A DNA stretch of 64,000 nucleotides, from contig OZ286461.1 of NCBI GenBank assembly GCA_965644265.1, forward strand, positions 97,030,001-97,094,000, given 5' to 3'. Positions within the stretch are counted from its first letter, which is position 1; every line of letters begins with the position of its first letter. The notes below the pieces were generated by a model. That model was given only the letters and a program-made list of their open reading frames with translations. It had not been told where the DNA came from and made no database searches. The DNA comes from Glycera tridactyla. Taxonomy: Eukaryota. This document shows positions 21,175 through 32,589 of this stretch, piece by piece. Both the position numbers and the translations under genes were made by a program.

Positions 21175-24100
21175 ACATCTTGGAGGTAATCTGATGATCA
21201 ATAACAGATGACAGAGCCTCTAAAAGGCCATTTCCTGACCTTACACTGGTGTAATCCACGGTACTGGTACATTTCAAATGTTCAACATCAGGAACATTCA
21301 AGTGCTGCGAGAATTTGATGAGCGAAGAATATTTTTCAAGAGGCAATGATTCCTGACATAGCCAAAAGACCGCTTTCATCGCAATTAACACACCCTGCTC
21401 TTCCTTCGTCCGAGCCTGCCCGAGTGCAGCATCCATATTCTTCTTTTCTGTGGGTGCACACACTATGCGTCTGTGGTCTTCTGTGGCAAGGTGCCTTGTT
21501 AGTGTTGAGGTACGAAAATTATTCATACCAAGTGCAAGAGTGTTCTTGAGCCCTCCCTCTCTACATAATTCACAGAACATGAGATTATTCTTCGAGTCAA
21601 ACTTTAACCAAGGGTACGCTTGCATCCACGCCTTCCTGAAGTTGCGAGTGACAGTCTGGTCCGACGATGAAGATGAAGTTGGCTCCCCGGATGGCTCGCT
21701 CTGTTGTTTATTCGCCTGCTGCTGATCACCACTCTCATCACCCTGCGGCTCGACACTCTCAACCTCTGCCTGCTTGCCACTCAGAGGCTGATCGGGCTGT
21801 GCTCCACTCTCTGGGCCTTTTTCTGCATCCTAAAAAACAAAAATCTAAATTAATGATCTGGTAACTAATTTTTTTTAGGTACAATCTTGCCAATTAATGA
21901 CCTGGTAACTATTTTTTTTTCAGATACAATCTTGCCCTATCTGTGTGATTGGGGAAAATAGTATATTTAATCATGCTGCTTTGTGCAGTTCCCCAGGCAA
22001 ACAAAATCCCTACTACAGTAACTCATTCACCATTAAAAAATGACACAAATAACAAAATCATCCCTGCTACAGTAACTCAATCACCATAAAAATGACACCA
22101 ATGTCTCCACAGGACACCCATTATATATTGGACAAACATGTGGCACCCCAAAGGCATGCCACCCCAAAGGCTGTATCAGCCCTCAACAAATTTCACAACC
22201 CAAATCAGAGGGGGGGGGGGTGAGCACATGGCACTGGCCCACATGTCATGGCACTTGCCAGAAAAGTTTCTCAAACTCCAACAAACACCTGACAGATTCC
22301 CATGATACCAGTTGTTTGCACCCAAAAACAACACCTACCATCACTCTAAAGTGGCTTCTTATGTCCATTTTCCGCCGTTTCCCGCTTGACATTTTGCTGA
22401 ATATAATAATATTGTTGAGAAACGCAAGTGAAACCCAGAATCGGTCCGAAATCTCGCATGAATTCACGCCTGGCGCGAGAGTTGGCGCAAGACTTCACCT
22501 CATTTGCATATCATTTAGATACGTAATTTATGCGAGTCACGTTTGAATTCACGCAGGCTCGAGATCGATTTTTCAAGATGGCGCCCGATTGTTTTGGTCA
22601 ACGAATAACCGGTAAAATATACAATTTCGTTCGTCAGACGAATAATTCCGACATCGATAAAGCTTTTATCCATTCGTGGCGATTTCAGTGCGACAAATGA
22701 GAAAGTTACGCGACTATGGCACGTGGCGCTGGCCTCTGCATGTCCCTGCATGGTTTCCAATACCTGCCAAACCCATGTCCTGCCTCTTTCATAATCTTGC
22801 ATCCAAAGTTAGAGTACGACATGGAACATTTGAGACCCCTGAGGCCAACTCATGGATCAGGATGTTCACTTCATACTTCCCAGCTAAAGAACTGTCCTCT
22901 TCTCAGGTCCTGGGCCCCTGAGCCATGGGCTAAATTTGAATAGATTGTAAATGCCTGTATATAAGGGTGCTGCAAGTACTGTCTTGAGAACAAACATCCT
23001 GAGGCCAACCCATGACTTGTTATCCAGAGACTCAACTGTGGCATAAGATTAGATGGTGACTTCATTTATAAATGCAAACTGGACAAGATCATTCCTTGCC
23101 ACTCAGTGGGCACAGGGAAATGGCCCGGCAATGAAGAAACTTGCTCCGAGGAAAAACAGCAACAGACGGATGAGGATGTAGAAGCGGTGGTGGGTTGACA
23201 GATGATGTTGACTGGTCATCTGTCGGCAGTGTAAAGGAAAGACGTGGAGGCAGTGCAATGCCTTGTGGGCTCCGAACTGTGTTTCCTCTACTCCAATTGG
23301 TCACCCATCATTCAGGGTATGATTGATACCCCTGTGCTATGGAACCTGACCTTCATTCACACAACCGAAATCATATTACTTTTGGTAATATGTATTTTTC
23401 GGTTACATGAAAAAACAGACAAGATCATGTCTGGCTATAACATTTTATTGGAAATGTTTTATGTACCCTGGATGCCTCTTGTCATCTAGAGCTGAATCCC
23501 ATTTTCATGTCAGCACATGGGACCAATCCATGAAATGTATGGAAACAAAAAACCTATATGCATGGTTGACGATGCCTGCTTAAAAAGCTATCAACATTAC
23601 ATCAAATACGAGTGAAAAGATAAGCAGGGCCTGGGACAAACCGATGTCCTGCCTCTCACACGAAACATTTGAGACGCCTGCGGTCAACCCATGGATCAGA
23701 TTGTCACTTTGTACTTCCCAGGTACAGAACTGTTCTCTCTATACATTATGGGCCCCTGAGGCAAACTCATGGGCTGGATTTGAAGAGATTGTTGTGCAAT
23801 TGCCTGTATATAAAGTTGCTGCAAGTTATGTTTTGAGAACAAAAATCCTGAGGCCAAGTCATGATTTGTTATCCAGACAGCAGTTGAGATGGTGACTGTA
23901 TTATTAAATGTAAACAGGACGATCATTCCTTGCTACTCTCAGGTGGCATGGGGGAACAGCCTGGTCAGTGGACATCATGGGACCACTGAAGTGCCAACTG
24001 AGAAAAAACAAAAGAGAACATGGTACATTACAGGACCAAAATAGTATCAGGGCGGATGTTTGAACGAAAAGCCCCATGTCTCCAATGTCCTAACGCAATA

Positions 24101-24765
24101 ATCTGCTGATCACTGTATCCTTCCGCTGCCATAGAAGTAGCACGCCCAATACGGGATGAGTGTATATCATACCTGCCTAGATGTAAATACAGGCCTTCAG
24201 TTTTAGCCAACCATCTTCTCGTCACAGCTTGGCTGTCTTCATGAGGGAACGTCCGAAATGACTTATGTGGTGTCAAGAGGACGTTAAACAATACTCAATC
24301 AATCATTAGGAAATGCAAAGCTTTTGCTTGAGGGAGCTGCTAATGAATATGCACGGTACATTCTGACTTGTTCTTCAGGGTAGAACTGGGATGTGTTGAT
24401 CCCTGAGGAGTGTGTAAGACCGGAATTTTATGGTAAGACTTAAACCATCTAAAGTTTCCCTGAGTTTAACATTCATGTGGAGAAGGATGTGAGCCTGTGT
24501 ATTTGACGAACAAACTTCAGAAACTTGAAGGCATGCATGATACATCACGGCATTCGTGGCACAGAAAAGCTTTTATTGATAAGAATCACTGATAACGTGG
24601 TTCACGCATGAAGTCAATTTGGACAATAACATGAGATTCATTCTGAGGCGATGAGCACGCAGGCCATGCACCCTTGTGATAGCCTTGATCAACTCAGAGG
24701 TCCTGAAATTTTCAGATGGATCAGGCATGTGAATACTATTGTGAGCAAATGCAAGTCCTGACAAT

Positions 24766-24962
24766 TGTAGAGTAGGTAGAGGTGGGTCTGAACCGCCAGC
24801 TACTTCCATTTGACAACCTTTCAGGTTCCCCATCATCTTGTGTTCAGGGTTCATGAGAGTGATGTCTGCAGGGGAGAGAACATCTAGCTTTCATTAACCA
24901 GGAACACACGGCACACATAATCCTGTGTGTTGATACATGCCGTTAAACCTCAAACAAACAAA
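24766..24962 (+). mobile_element. 5'-truncated copy of the long non-coding retroposon
   Basis: Tail GCCGTTAAACCTC(AAAC)n; 9-bp TSD CCTGACAAT (24757-24765, 24963-24971). Confidence 0.85.
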
Positions 24963-25134
24963 CCTGACAATCGTGCGCTAATTGTACTTGCAGAGAGATT
25001 ATTTGTTGCTAGGCAAGAGAATAAAATATGTCTTCTGAAGCTGGCAAAATAATAATTTGCTTGAGAAATGAAGTGACAAAACTACGGAAAGAGCACCAGC
25101 TGCGTTTGTAGGAAGCACATGTTGCAGTTGAGAT

Positions 25135-26322
25135 TTGAAGTTGACAGTTTGTAATTGAACACATTGGTTGAGTATTCTCCGAATCTAATGCTTTTCCTCG
25201 TGTTAAGTGCTGCACTCTGCAAAAAAAAAAGCATTGCTATCAGGCTTGAGTGTTAGCTTCCAGCCAGTTACATAGGTAGATATGCCATAATTAGATTCAG
25301 TTTGTTCAGGAAGAGTAGGTAGAGGTGTGTCTGAACTGTTAGCTACTTCCACTTGACAACCTTTCAGGTTGTGGGTAGGATGGGAGTCCAGGGTCTCTAT
25401 AGATGGCAGCCACCAATGGGCGCGGGACTTTTACTCTGAAGTGTTGCCATCGGGGATGATGTGGCCTAGGTGTAGCATCATCCCTTCTCTTCTTCTCAAT
25501 ATCTTTTGGAATGGGGGGTTGAATGAAAACATACCTTCAAAATTTTCTATCATCTATCTTTAGGCATTTTCTATCAAAATTGCACTTTCACCAGATTTCT
25601 TTTTCTTGACCTCTTTCCTATCCCTCTAAGCTATTTCTTGTTTCTTCAGTGAAATGTTCTCAGGTGTAGGTAGCTGATGGTTTGCCTGTAGCAGATATTG
25701 TCACTATGCAAAACGCGGGTACCAGGCATACCAGTTCTGGGTCACTAGGGCTGCGACTAGGTTTACTAGGTTGTGTGATGGCATTGTACTGCAAGCATAG
25801 GGCAAGCCATGATTGTAAAGCTGGTTTGAAGTTGACAGTTCGTAATTGAAGACATTGTTTGAGTATTCTCCGAACCTAATGCTTTTCCTTGTTTCAAGTA
25901 CTGCGCTTTGCGTAAAAAAAAACATAGCTATCAGGCTTGAGTGTTAGCTTCCAGCCAGTTACATAGTTAGATATGCCATCATCAGGTTCAATATGTCTTT
26001 TTTGTAGAGTTAGAGTTGGTAGGGGTGTGTCTGAACCATCTTGTGTTCAGGGTTTGTAAGAGTGATGTCTGCAGGGGAGAGACCATCTAGCTTTCATAAA
26101 CCAGGAACACACGGCATACATAATCCTGTGGGTTGATACATGCCGTTAAGCCTCAAACAAACAAACAAACCTTTCAGGTTCCCCATCATCTTGTGTTCAG
26201 GGTTTGTGAGAGTGATGTCTGCAGGGGAGAGAACATCTAGCTTTCATAACCCGGAATACACGGCATACATAATCCTGTGGGTTGATACATGCCGTTAAAC
26301 CTCAAACAAACAAACAAACAAA
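25135..26322 (+). mobile_element. Long non-coding retroposon containing a nested full-length copy of itself (25371-26167)
   Basis: Outer TSD GCAGTTGAGAT (25124-25134, 26323-26333); inner TSD AACCTTTCAGGTT (25358-25370, 26168-26180). Both copies end in GCCGTTAA(A/G)CCTC(AAAC)n. Confidence 0.88.
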
Positions 26323-26502
26323 GCAGTTGAGATGCCATCGAAGAGCAAAGTTTTCGTGTAGCAGATTTGATGGTTTCACCACTGTATGGTCTTCCATTAA
26401 TAAATCTGGCGTTTCCTGAGAACGAGCCCTGTGGGGTGCCCGAGGAAGAATAGGCCCAACGTTTCCCTATGTGTCCTAAGAGGCGACTAAGTGGGCATCT
26501 TA

Positions 26503-26656
26503 GAAATGACACCTTGGGTGACTGTGAATTTCATAAATTTTCGCCTTCTGTTTGGGACCCAGAAGGAGGAGTCTTGGAAGATCCCACCCATGCACATTGC
26601 ATGGGCATCACAATATAGCCCAGATGGTGCTGACATGACGCTAAACCACAACCAAC
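26503..26656 (+). mobile_element. Same SINE inserted in the DIRS element
   Basis: GAAATGACACC...GGAGTCTTGGAAGATCCCACCCATGC...TGACGCTAAACC. Confidence 0.85.
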
Positions 26657-26659
26657 CTG

Positions 26660-27965
26660 AGGATGAGAAAGGTGGTCTGGGAGGACATTCTGTATTCCCG
26701 GTATGTGCTTGGCATGTAAGGACACATTTAATGTGAGGAAGAGTGTGACAAGCTTTCGAATGATGGTCATGCATTTAGATGATTTTGATGTCTGATTATT
26801 TACTGAGTGTGCTACATATCAGTATACAAAATGTTGGGAGTTCTTCGTAGATTTTGCAAAATTGGGAAAAGGGCGTAAATAGGGTGAATTTCAAGAAAAC
26901 TATATCAAATTCTTGCCACCTGATTGGCCAAGCTACTTTTATCCAGGCGGTTCCCAAGCAACCCCGCCTCCATCCCAGACTTGGATGCATCTGTGTGCAT
27001 CCTTGAAGTTGCTGTCGTGGCAGGCTTACAGAAATACTATTGGAATGAGTCAAAAACTGTGGAATGACTGTTTCACCGGTGCAATTGCATCATATAACCG
27101 GTGGTGAAAGCCCTTCCTGGCAATAGTATAATTTGATTTGCTAACCGGTGACTCCTGTCCAAACTTTTCACTTTGTGCACCAACATCATTGGTGAGATGC
27201 AGTCAAGCATATCTGAAACCTTATCGGCTGGAAGCCTGGCCAAATGTGTCAATTCCGATACCCAAAATGAGACAGATTTTTTTCCTGGGGCTGTTGGCAC
27301 TCTGCAGAGCCTGAGAAAATCCTGGAGATACAAGTCACATAGTTCTATATGCTTTGCCGTGATCAGAAAATCATGCATGAAGAGAAAAGCTTCAGTAATA
27401 TCCTTTCTATAACAGTTGGCAATTGTTGAAAAATATGGCCAGAACTACTCAAACCCGGTGGGAGGCATTTGTCGAAGTAATATGATCCCTCTCAAAGTAA
27501 GCTAAGCTTGTGATATTGAGTTGGGTCTATGGGTAGAAGTCAAAAAGCATTTTTGATGTATGTCTCTGCCAGATATACAGCAGAGCCAAGCAGTTGCATT
27601 TCTTCTGTTGCTTCGACAACACCAGAATAGGAGATCATCTTATATGCTTGAGGTATATTGTGATTGATCAAGGTCTCATCATATGGGTGCGACAGGTCAT
27701 ATATGGAATGGAATTTCCCAGGATCTTTTTTTTTTTTGGGGGGGGGGGTGATATATAAGGGCGAGATCTTGAAAATTGTATAGGGAGGAAACTTGTATGG
27801 GCCTTCAATTTTGCCTTCATGTAGTGATTTATGAAACACATCTTCATGGGCTGAAACTGTCTTGAGAATTCTTGGTATCACAGGGAGTAATCTCCTGTTC
27901 ATGCCCAAAGAAGAATCCATGCCTAAAGCCATCAAGATGTCCTTTCTCATCCTGTAATTGTTCAA
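26660..27965 (-). pseudogene. DIRS-type RT and RNase H relic
   Basis: EGPYKFPPYTIFKISPL...PKKKKDPGKFHSIYDLSHP...INHNIP...YLAETYIKNAF; DFLITAK...RLPADK...PGRAF; IRKLVTLFLTLNVSLHAKHIPGIQNVLPDHLS. Confidence 0.88.
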
Positions 27966-28274
27966 ATAATATGTTGAGCTATTAGGTGCACTAGTTTGGC
28001 CAGCTTTGGCTGTGTGTGACCATTGATTGAATTATTTGCAGCCTGCTGTCGGTTCTGCTGTTGCAGTTGCTGCCGCTGGGAAAATAGGTGGCATGTCACT
28101 GATTACATTGCCAACAGAAATGTTTGTATTTACAGACTGATAATTTTGGGCATCTGACACCTCAGGTGTGGTTTTTGAAACAAAAGCGCTGTGGAATCTG
28201 CTTGCTTCCATTTGGAGGTTCCACCTTATGCTGGGGTCTTATCGTTCTTAGGGAGCCTGTACTCATAGTCGAGA

Positions 28275-29748
28275 TCAGGCCTCACAATTGCCCAGCTCAG
28301 CTATCTCGCCCTGGTTGGCCTCAATCTCACAATTTACAACCATAAAGTTTTCCCAAGCCACACACCAGTTATCGATGTTTCTTATAAATTTGGATCTTCT
28401 CTGCAGCACCTTCAACTGACCACCCTTCAGAGTGAGAGTCTCCCCTTCTTCATGTTGATTGAAATTGGGTAGTAGCTGAGCCATCAGGACATACATATTT
28501 GTCCAAATCCCCTTTTTGAGATCTCCGCTAGCGGAGATCTTTATGCCATCACCTTGCTGCTCGAAATGCTTTCTAACTTCGCCGATTCTGACTTTGGAGG
28601 CTGATATAATCAAACGAATCTTGATCGGATCTGTGAAAAAGGATCGAATGATCTAATCTAACACAATTCCGAGATGATTTATGGATCCGATTAACGACAA
28701 TTTGAGGAAATGTAGCGATTATGTAATGGACATTTCGCCATTCATTCATTTTTGTTGCCGATTACCGAGGCACACAGATACGACTGCTCAGAGATGTATA
28801 GCTACGCACAAATAGTAAATGCCTGTCAATCAAGCTCTTTGGGCACGCCCACTTCGATGTTGACATGTTAGTCCTGATTTCTGATTGGCTGGTTTAACAC
28901 ACGCTATCTACAACTCCATATATGAATCGGCGCATTGATCCAAGAAACCTAGTAATGAGGTGCGGAGAAGAAGCACTACTTTACTCCCCTACGAACTATC
29001 ATATCAACCAAAACACAGATTTTTCGAGATTTATACATGGAGGTAAGTCAAATGGGTGTCGAGGAATCAAGAGAGAGAGACAGAGAGAGAGAGACAGAGA
29101 GAGAGACAGACAGACAGACGATTTGGCGAAAGTAGTCCCGGCTCTGAACCTGATAAACATGAATGACGGCGATTTGACGAACCCTGTTTGTGATAAAATG
29201 TGGCCATAAGGGTACAAGACGAATCCACGTGTGGCTTGCTCATGACTCGCTGCCCCATATTCCTGAAGGAGGGCTCGTCGATACCCACCCATCGTCATCT
29301 CTCTTCTTCTCTCTCTCTACCCCCCTCTCTCTCTCTCTCTATTTCGGAGATCTCTCGGCGCCCCTGGGCGCTGTTGTTGATATTGGGGTCTACTAACAAG
29401 CCCACAATAGAACCAAAAGAAAGTGTGGGTCTGTCGACCAAGGAGATGCTTGCATCCTCGCCTGAGAGGGAATGAGTTTCAACAGCGGTCCCATACTGGG
29501 GTTTGGGGCTCATCGGAATTACCTGCCTGCTGCTGCAAGAGAGGGGTAGAGGTGGTATTAGAATGGGTGGGGCATGCAATAACCCTGGTGTCTGCCTGTG
29601 CTGCAGTTTTGTCATCCCAGGGTGTTCGGAGAGGCAAAGACGTGTATGGGTGATTGGCTCGACACTGTCGTTTTGTGCATCGGACATGGCCTTCGTCCCC
29701 TTGTATTGAGCTCTCCATCATGGACAGCCTCTCCACAAGATCCATCAA
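28275..29748 (-). pseudogene. Probable gag-like ORF1 remnants of the DIRS element, with unrelated sequence and (GA)n repeats at ~28620-29400
   Basis: LKKGIWTNMYVLMAQLL...IRNIDNWCVAWENFMVV resembles DIRS ORF1. 29479-29748 is assigned by position only. Confidence 0.55.
29070..29115. repeat. (GA)n/(GACA)n microsatellite
   Basis: Directly visible. Confidence 0.85.
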
Positions 29749-32365
29749 CGCCTTATTCAGATTTTGAAGGTTCTTACCCTTTCTCCTTCTCCTTTCCCTT
29801 GGGTGGCACTATGAAGAATAATAAAGAAGATACTAAAGATAGCAGAGATGAGGCGATACATATATGAATGGACCTGAGACAAACTCGTGGCCCAACTAAT
29901 GAAAAACTCAAAACAAAGTGGCAAGAAATGAAAGAAAAGAGGGGAGGCTTGTAAGCCCATATGTGCTATTGAGTGCTACAAAAATGGTACTCACCGGGTA
30001 TGAAACTGACATTCCGTGAATCAGTATAGGCATTTAATAAATGTGCATTTTGACTAAGAAACGAATGAACAGAGCCTGGGACAAACCCATGCTTGTATGT
30101 ACATGAAACAGTGGTGCAAAAAAATTCTGGGTACCCCGATGCCTAAAGTACGGTATGATAGCTGACAAGATAACAATCGAATTATGAGTGTTGTATATCG
30201 AATCGAAGGTGAGAGGGAGCTCTATCGCATGGCATGCTTCATTAGCGATAATAGAGGAATTTAGTCTCGAGTAGGTCATGACAAGCTCTGCCCTCTCTCA
30301 CCACAGATGGCTCACAGCTGATCACAGCACTATTGATCGAATAAAAAATGTATGATCACATAAAAAACTCGCTCAGTATGATGGTCCGTTGGTGATTGTG
30401 ATTGAAGTGCATCCTCTGTGCCAGGAAATACATTGGTGTGTAGGTGAATCAAATATCACTCCACGTGTTTGGTGCTGGTGTCACAATATCGAGACCAGTA
30501 AAAGCACAGAATGGCTCATGATTACGATTTTCACCCCTATATTACGCCATTACGATCTGGTAGTCAATTTTTACGCTTTTTGGAGGGGACTGGTACTGCA
30601 TCCTGCTACAGTCCATTCCAGGTCATAATGTGGCTTCCTAAAGTATCATGCCAAGTCACTGGTGTGGCATCATTTGGGCATACTTCAATGAACACAAACC
30701 AACTGTGAATAAAACCAACTATAGGTAAACTGTACAGTCAATGGGGCTCCTGTTGAGCAGGGGGTTCCTGTCGGCCCCATGACAACCACTTGCCGGCAAC
30801 ATCCCTACCCCTGCACACTTCTCTCACCCTATCCCCCACCCCTTCAACCCTTACCCCTCTAGTCAAGTGATATTTGTATGTTATATTCATGTTTGTCTTA
30901 TTGTCAACTTTACCCATGTAAAGTTTCTAAGTGATGTTTTATGTGACTTTTCCATGTAGCAAAATAATTTATATTGTCTCAAAGTGAAGGTAATGGAGAT
31001 CATTTCACAGTGGTTGCAACTCTGCACACATACACACAGACTGGCTTCACTGAACATTCACATGCTTCTATCAGGCAGGAGATAGTTGATACTGCCCACA
31101 GTAGCTGTTGTAGAAACAGACATGATGCTAGCCACCCAACCAAAGCAGGGTGTCAAAATTTTGTCAAAAGTGATGAAACAGTTTTTGAAGATGCCCAAAT
31201 TAGTATGGATGAGTGGTTCCAGCTTGCCGTCAGATAACACAGACATGAATGCCCATCTAAAACTTGCAACCTTTTATTGGTATCTCAATCTATGCAGGAC
31301 CTTTAATTAGATAAAACATATATCATATTGTTCCAGTTGACTTACTATTCTTCTCTGATCTGAGCCAGTCTGTAGGACTTATTACAGAGGGGGTGGGGTG
31401 GGCGGGGGGGGGGGGGATTTCAAACATGTTTTACCCCTGTTCTTCTTCATTTCATATTGATAAATAGTCTTTTTTTTTCAACTTGCCACTGACAATTGGA
31501 TTTGATTCCTATCATATTCTAATTTGGTGTGTGTTTACTAAATATGTAATTTAAGGGCAATGTATGGTGATTAACATATTTTCATTTATTGAATTGGTGC
31601 AAAATGCTGGTGAACCATAGTACATCGCGTCGCGAATCGCGGCGTGAATGCCGCGTGTTCATCTCTCTGCGTAATCATTACTCTTTGGGATTCTGAAAAG
31701 TTGGCATCTCTGTCAGAATGCCATCAGAGTTCGCACACAATTGTTTGAGTCCACTATTATGACTGGTCCCATTTGAACGGAAAGTTTCTTCATCACATGC
31801 CATCTTTGCTCCCAAGGAATCGCAGGGAAAATAGCCACCGATCTTACTTGAGAATGTTGGGCTATGATCTCTGTGGCCCTTCCATAGGTATTATGCATGA
31901 CTAGCCAAGCTTGCAGCTGCTGTCGCACCCCTCTTGGACAGCTGGGCCAAACCATTTGAGCTGATGACAATCAGCACATGGCCTGGATAGATTGAGTTTA
32001 TCTGCTTTCTAACTCGGAGTCGAATGAACATTATCCACAAAGACAATCCCAGTGGAGGCAGTGTAGATATGTGTGCAAGATCTGGCATCGGTGAAGCCTG
32101 TCCCAATAGCTAGCTCTACCTCTGGTAGTTGTAGATCTTACACAACTGACAAAAGAGCAGTATGCCAAGACTTGATGGGTTCACGTCTTCTGGGCACACT
32201 TGGGGCGATCTGGTCAGGGGATCGATCCCAAAACGGGAGTAGACCCTGTACCCGACCTTGTGGACTGCTTTCAGTAGTCCGACATCGCGTGGATGTCCCA
32301 ATATGGCTCAGAGGGTGCTTATAGGCGTAGAACAGCCGACCAAGCAATCATAATTTTTTATAATA

Positions 32366-32541
32366 CAGTTGAACCTGGTATACAGGGCACCTGCATTAAG
32401 CAACCACCTGCCTTAAGCAACCACTTATGAAAGTCCCTCCAGAGTATTTATCACTAAAATTAACCTGTATTAGGCATCTACCTGTCTTAAGCAACCACTT
32501 TTCACTGTTCCAAGTGTGGTTGCTGAATACAGGTTTGACTG
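32366..32541. mobile_element. Tc1/mariner-pogo-type MITE (TA TSD)
   Basis: TA|CAGTTGAACCTG ... CAGGTTTGACTG|TA with internal AAGCAACCAC repeats. Confidence 0.85.
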
Positions 32542-32589
32542 TAACAGAAATTACAGCTTGAGTTATGTTAACTTCATAAATGTTCACCT

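Larger units (their letters stand above)
16448..22392 (-). pseudogene. hAT transposase (ZNF862/C17orf113-like), 738 aa when reconstructed from 22392-22339 (exon 1), 21829-21179 and 17959-16448; interrupted by a LINE
   Basis: Exon 1 MSSGKRRKMDIRSHFRVM|GTAGGT, then a phase-0 acceptor at 21830. Zinc-finger-like WLKFD...FCELC...HLATEDH is present, as are the catalytic motifs TDESTD, GTDGAAVMTG, HCSAH, RWLS and SDCERTFS. Removing the LINE rejoins ITSK|MSSSPT in frame with no stops or frameshifts. Confidence 0.9.
15827..22748 (-). mobile_element. Full-length hAT DNA transposon (~3.7 kb without the nested LINE) with 15-bp TIRs and a 5-bp TSD (hAT5-like)
   Basis: TIR CAGGGACATGCGGAG at 15827-15841 versus CTCTGCATGTCCCTG at 22734-22748 (14/15). 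CATGG flanks both sides (15822-15826, 22749-22753). ACGTGCCA occurs as a subterminal motif at both ends, and a transposase lies inside. Confidence 0.9.
24028..26400 (-). pseudogene. DIRS-type tyrosine recombinase relic interrupted by several retroposon insertions
   Basis: After removing the insertions it reads KTLLFDGISTATCASYKRSWCSFRSF...STISARLSGLAFAH...DPSENF, and the catalytic end is HSSRIGRATSMAAEGYSDQQIIALGHWRHGAFRSNIR (HSFRIG...GRW...Y motif). Confidence 0.88.
22768..30091 (-). mobile_element. Decayed tyrosine-recombinase retrotransposon (DIRS order, Ngaro/PAT-like split direct repeats)
   Basis: Minus-strand order is gag-like, RT, RNase H, YR. Diverged ~330-bp direct repeats lie at ~22770-23130 and ~23640-23965, and CAAACCCATG occurs at both outer ends. 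Confidence 0.75.

Noticed and set aside
25371-25400. 5S rRNA-derived (SINE3) head, because GGATGGGAGTCC resembles the 5S C-box
   Set aside because: The TSD shows the element starts only a few nt upstream, so no 5S A-box or body is present. The match is short.
31690-32340. Cluster of short ORFs next to a CpG-rich patch
   Set aside because: No family was recognised. It may be a decayed element, but the evidence is insufficient.
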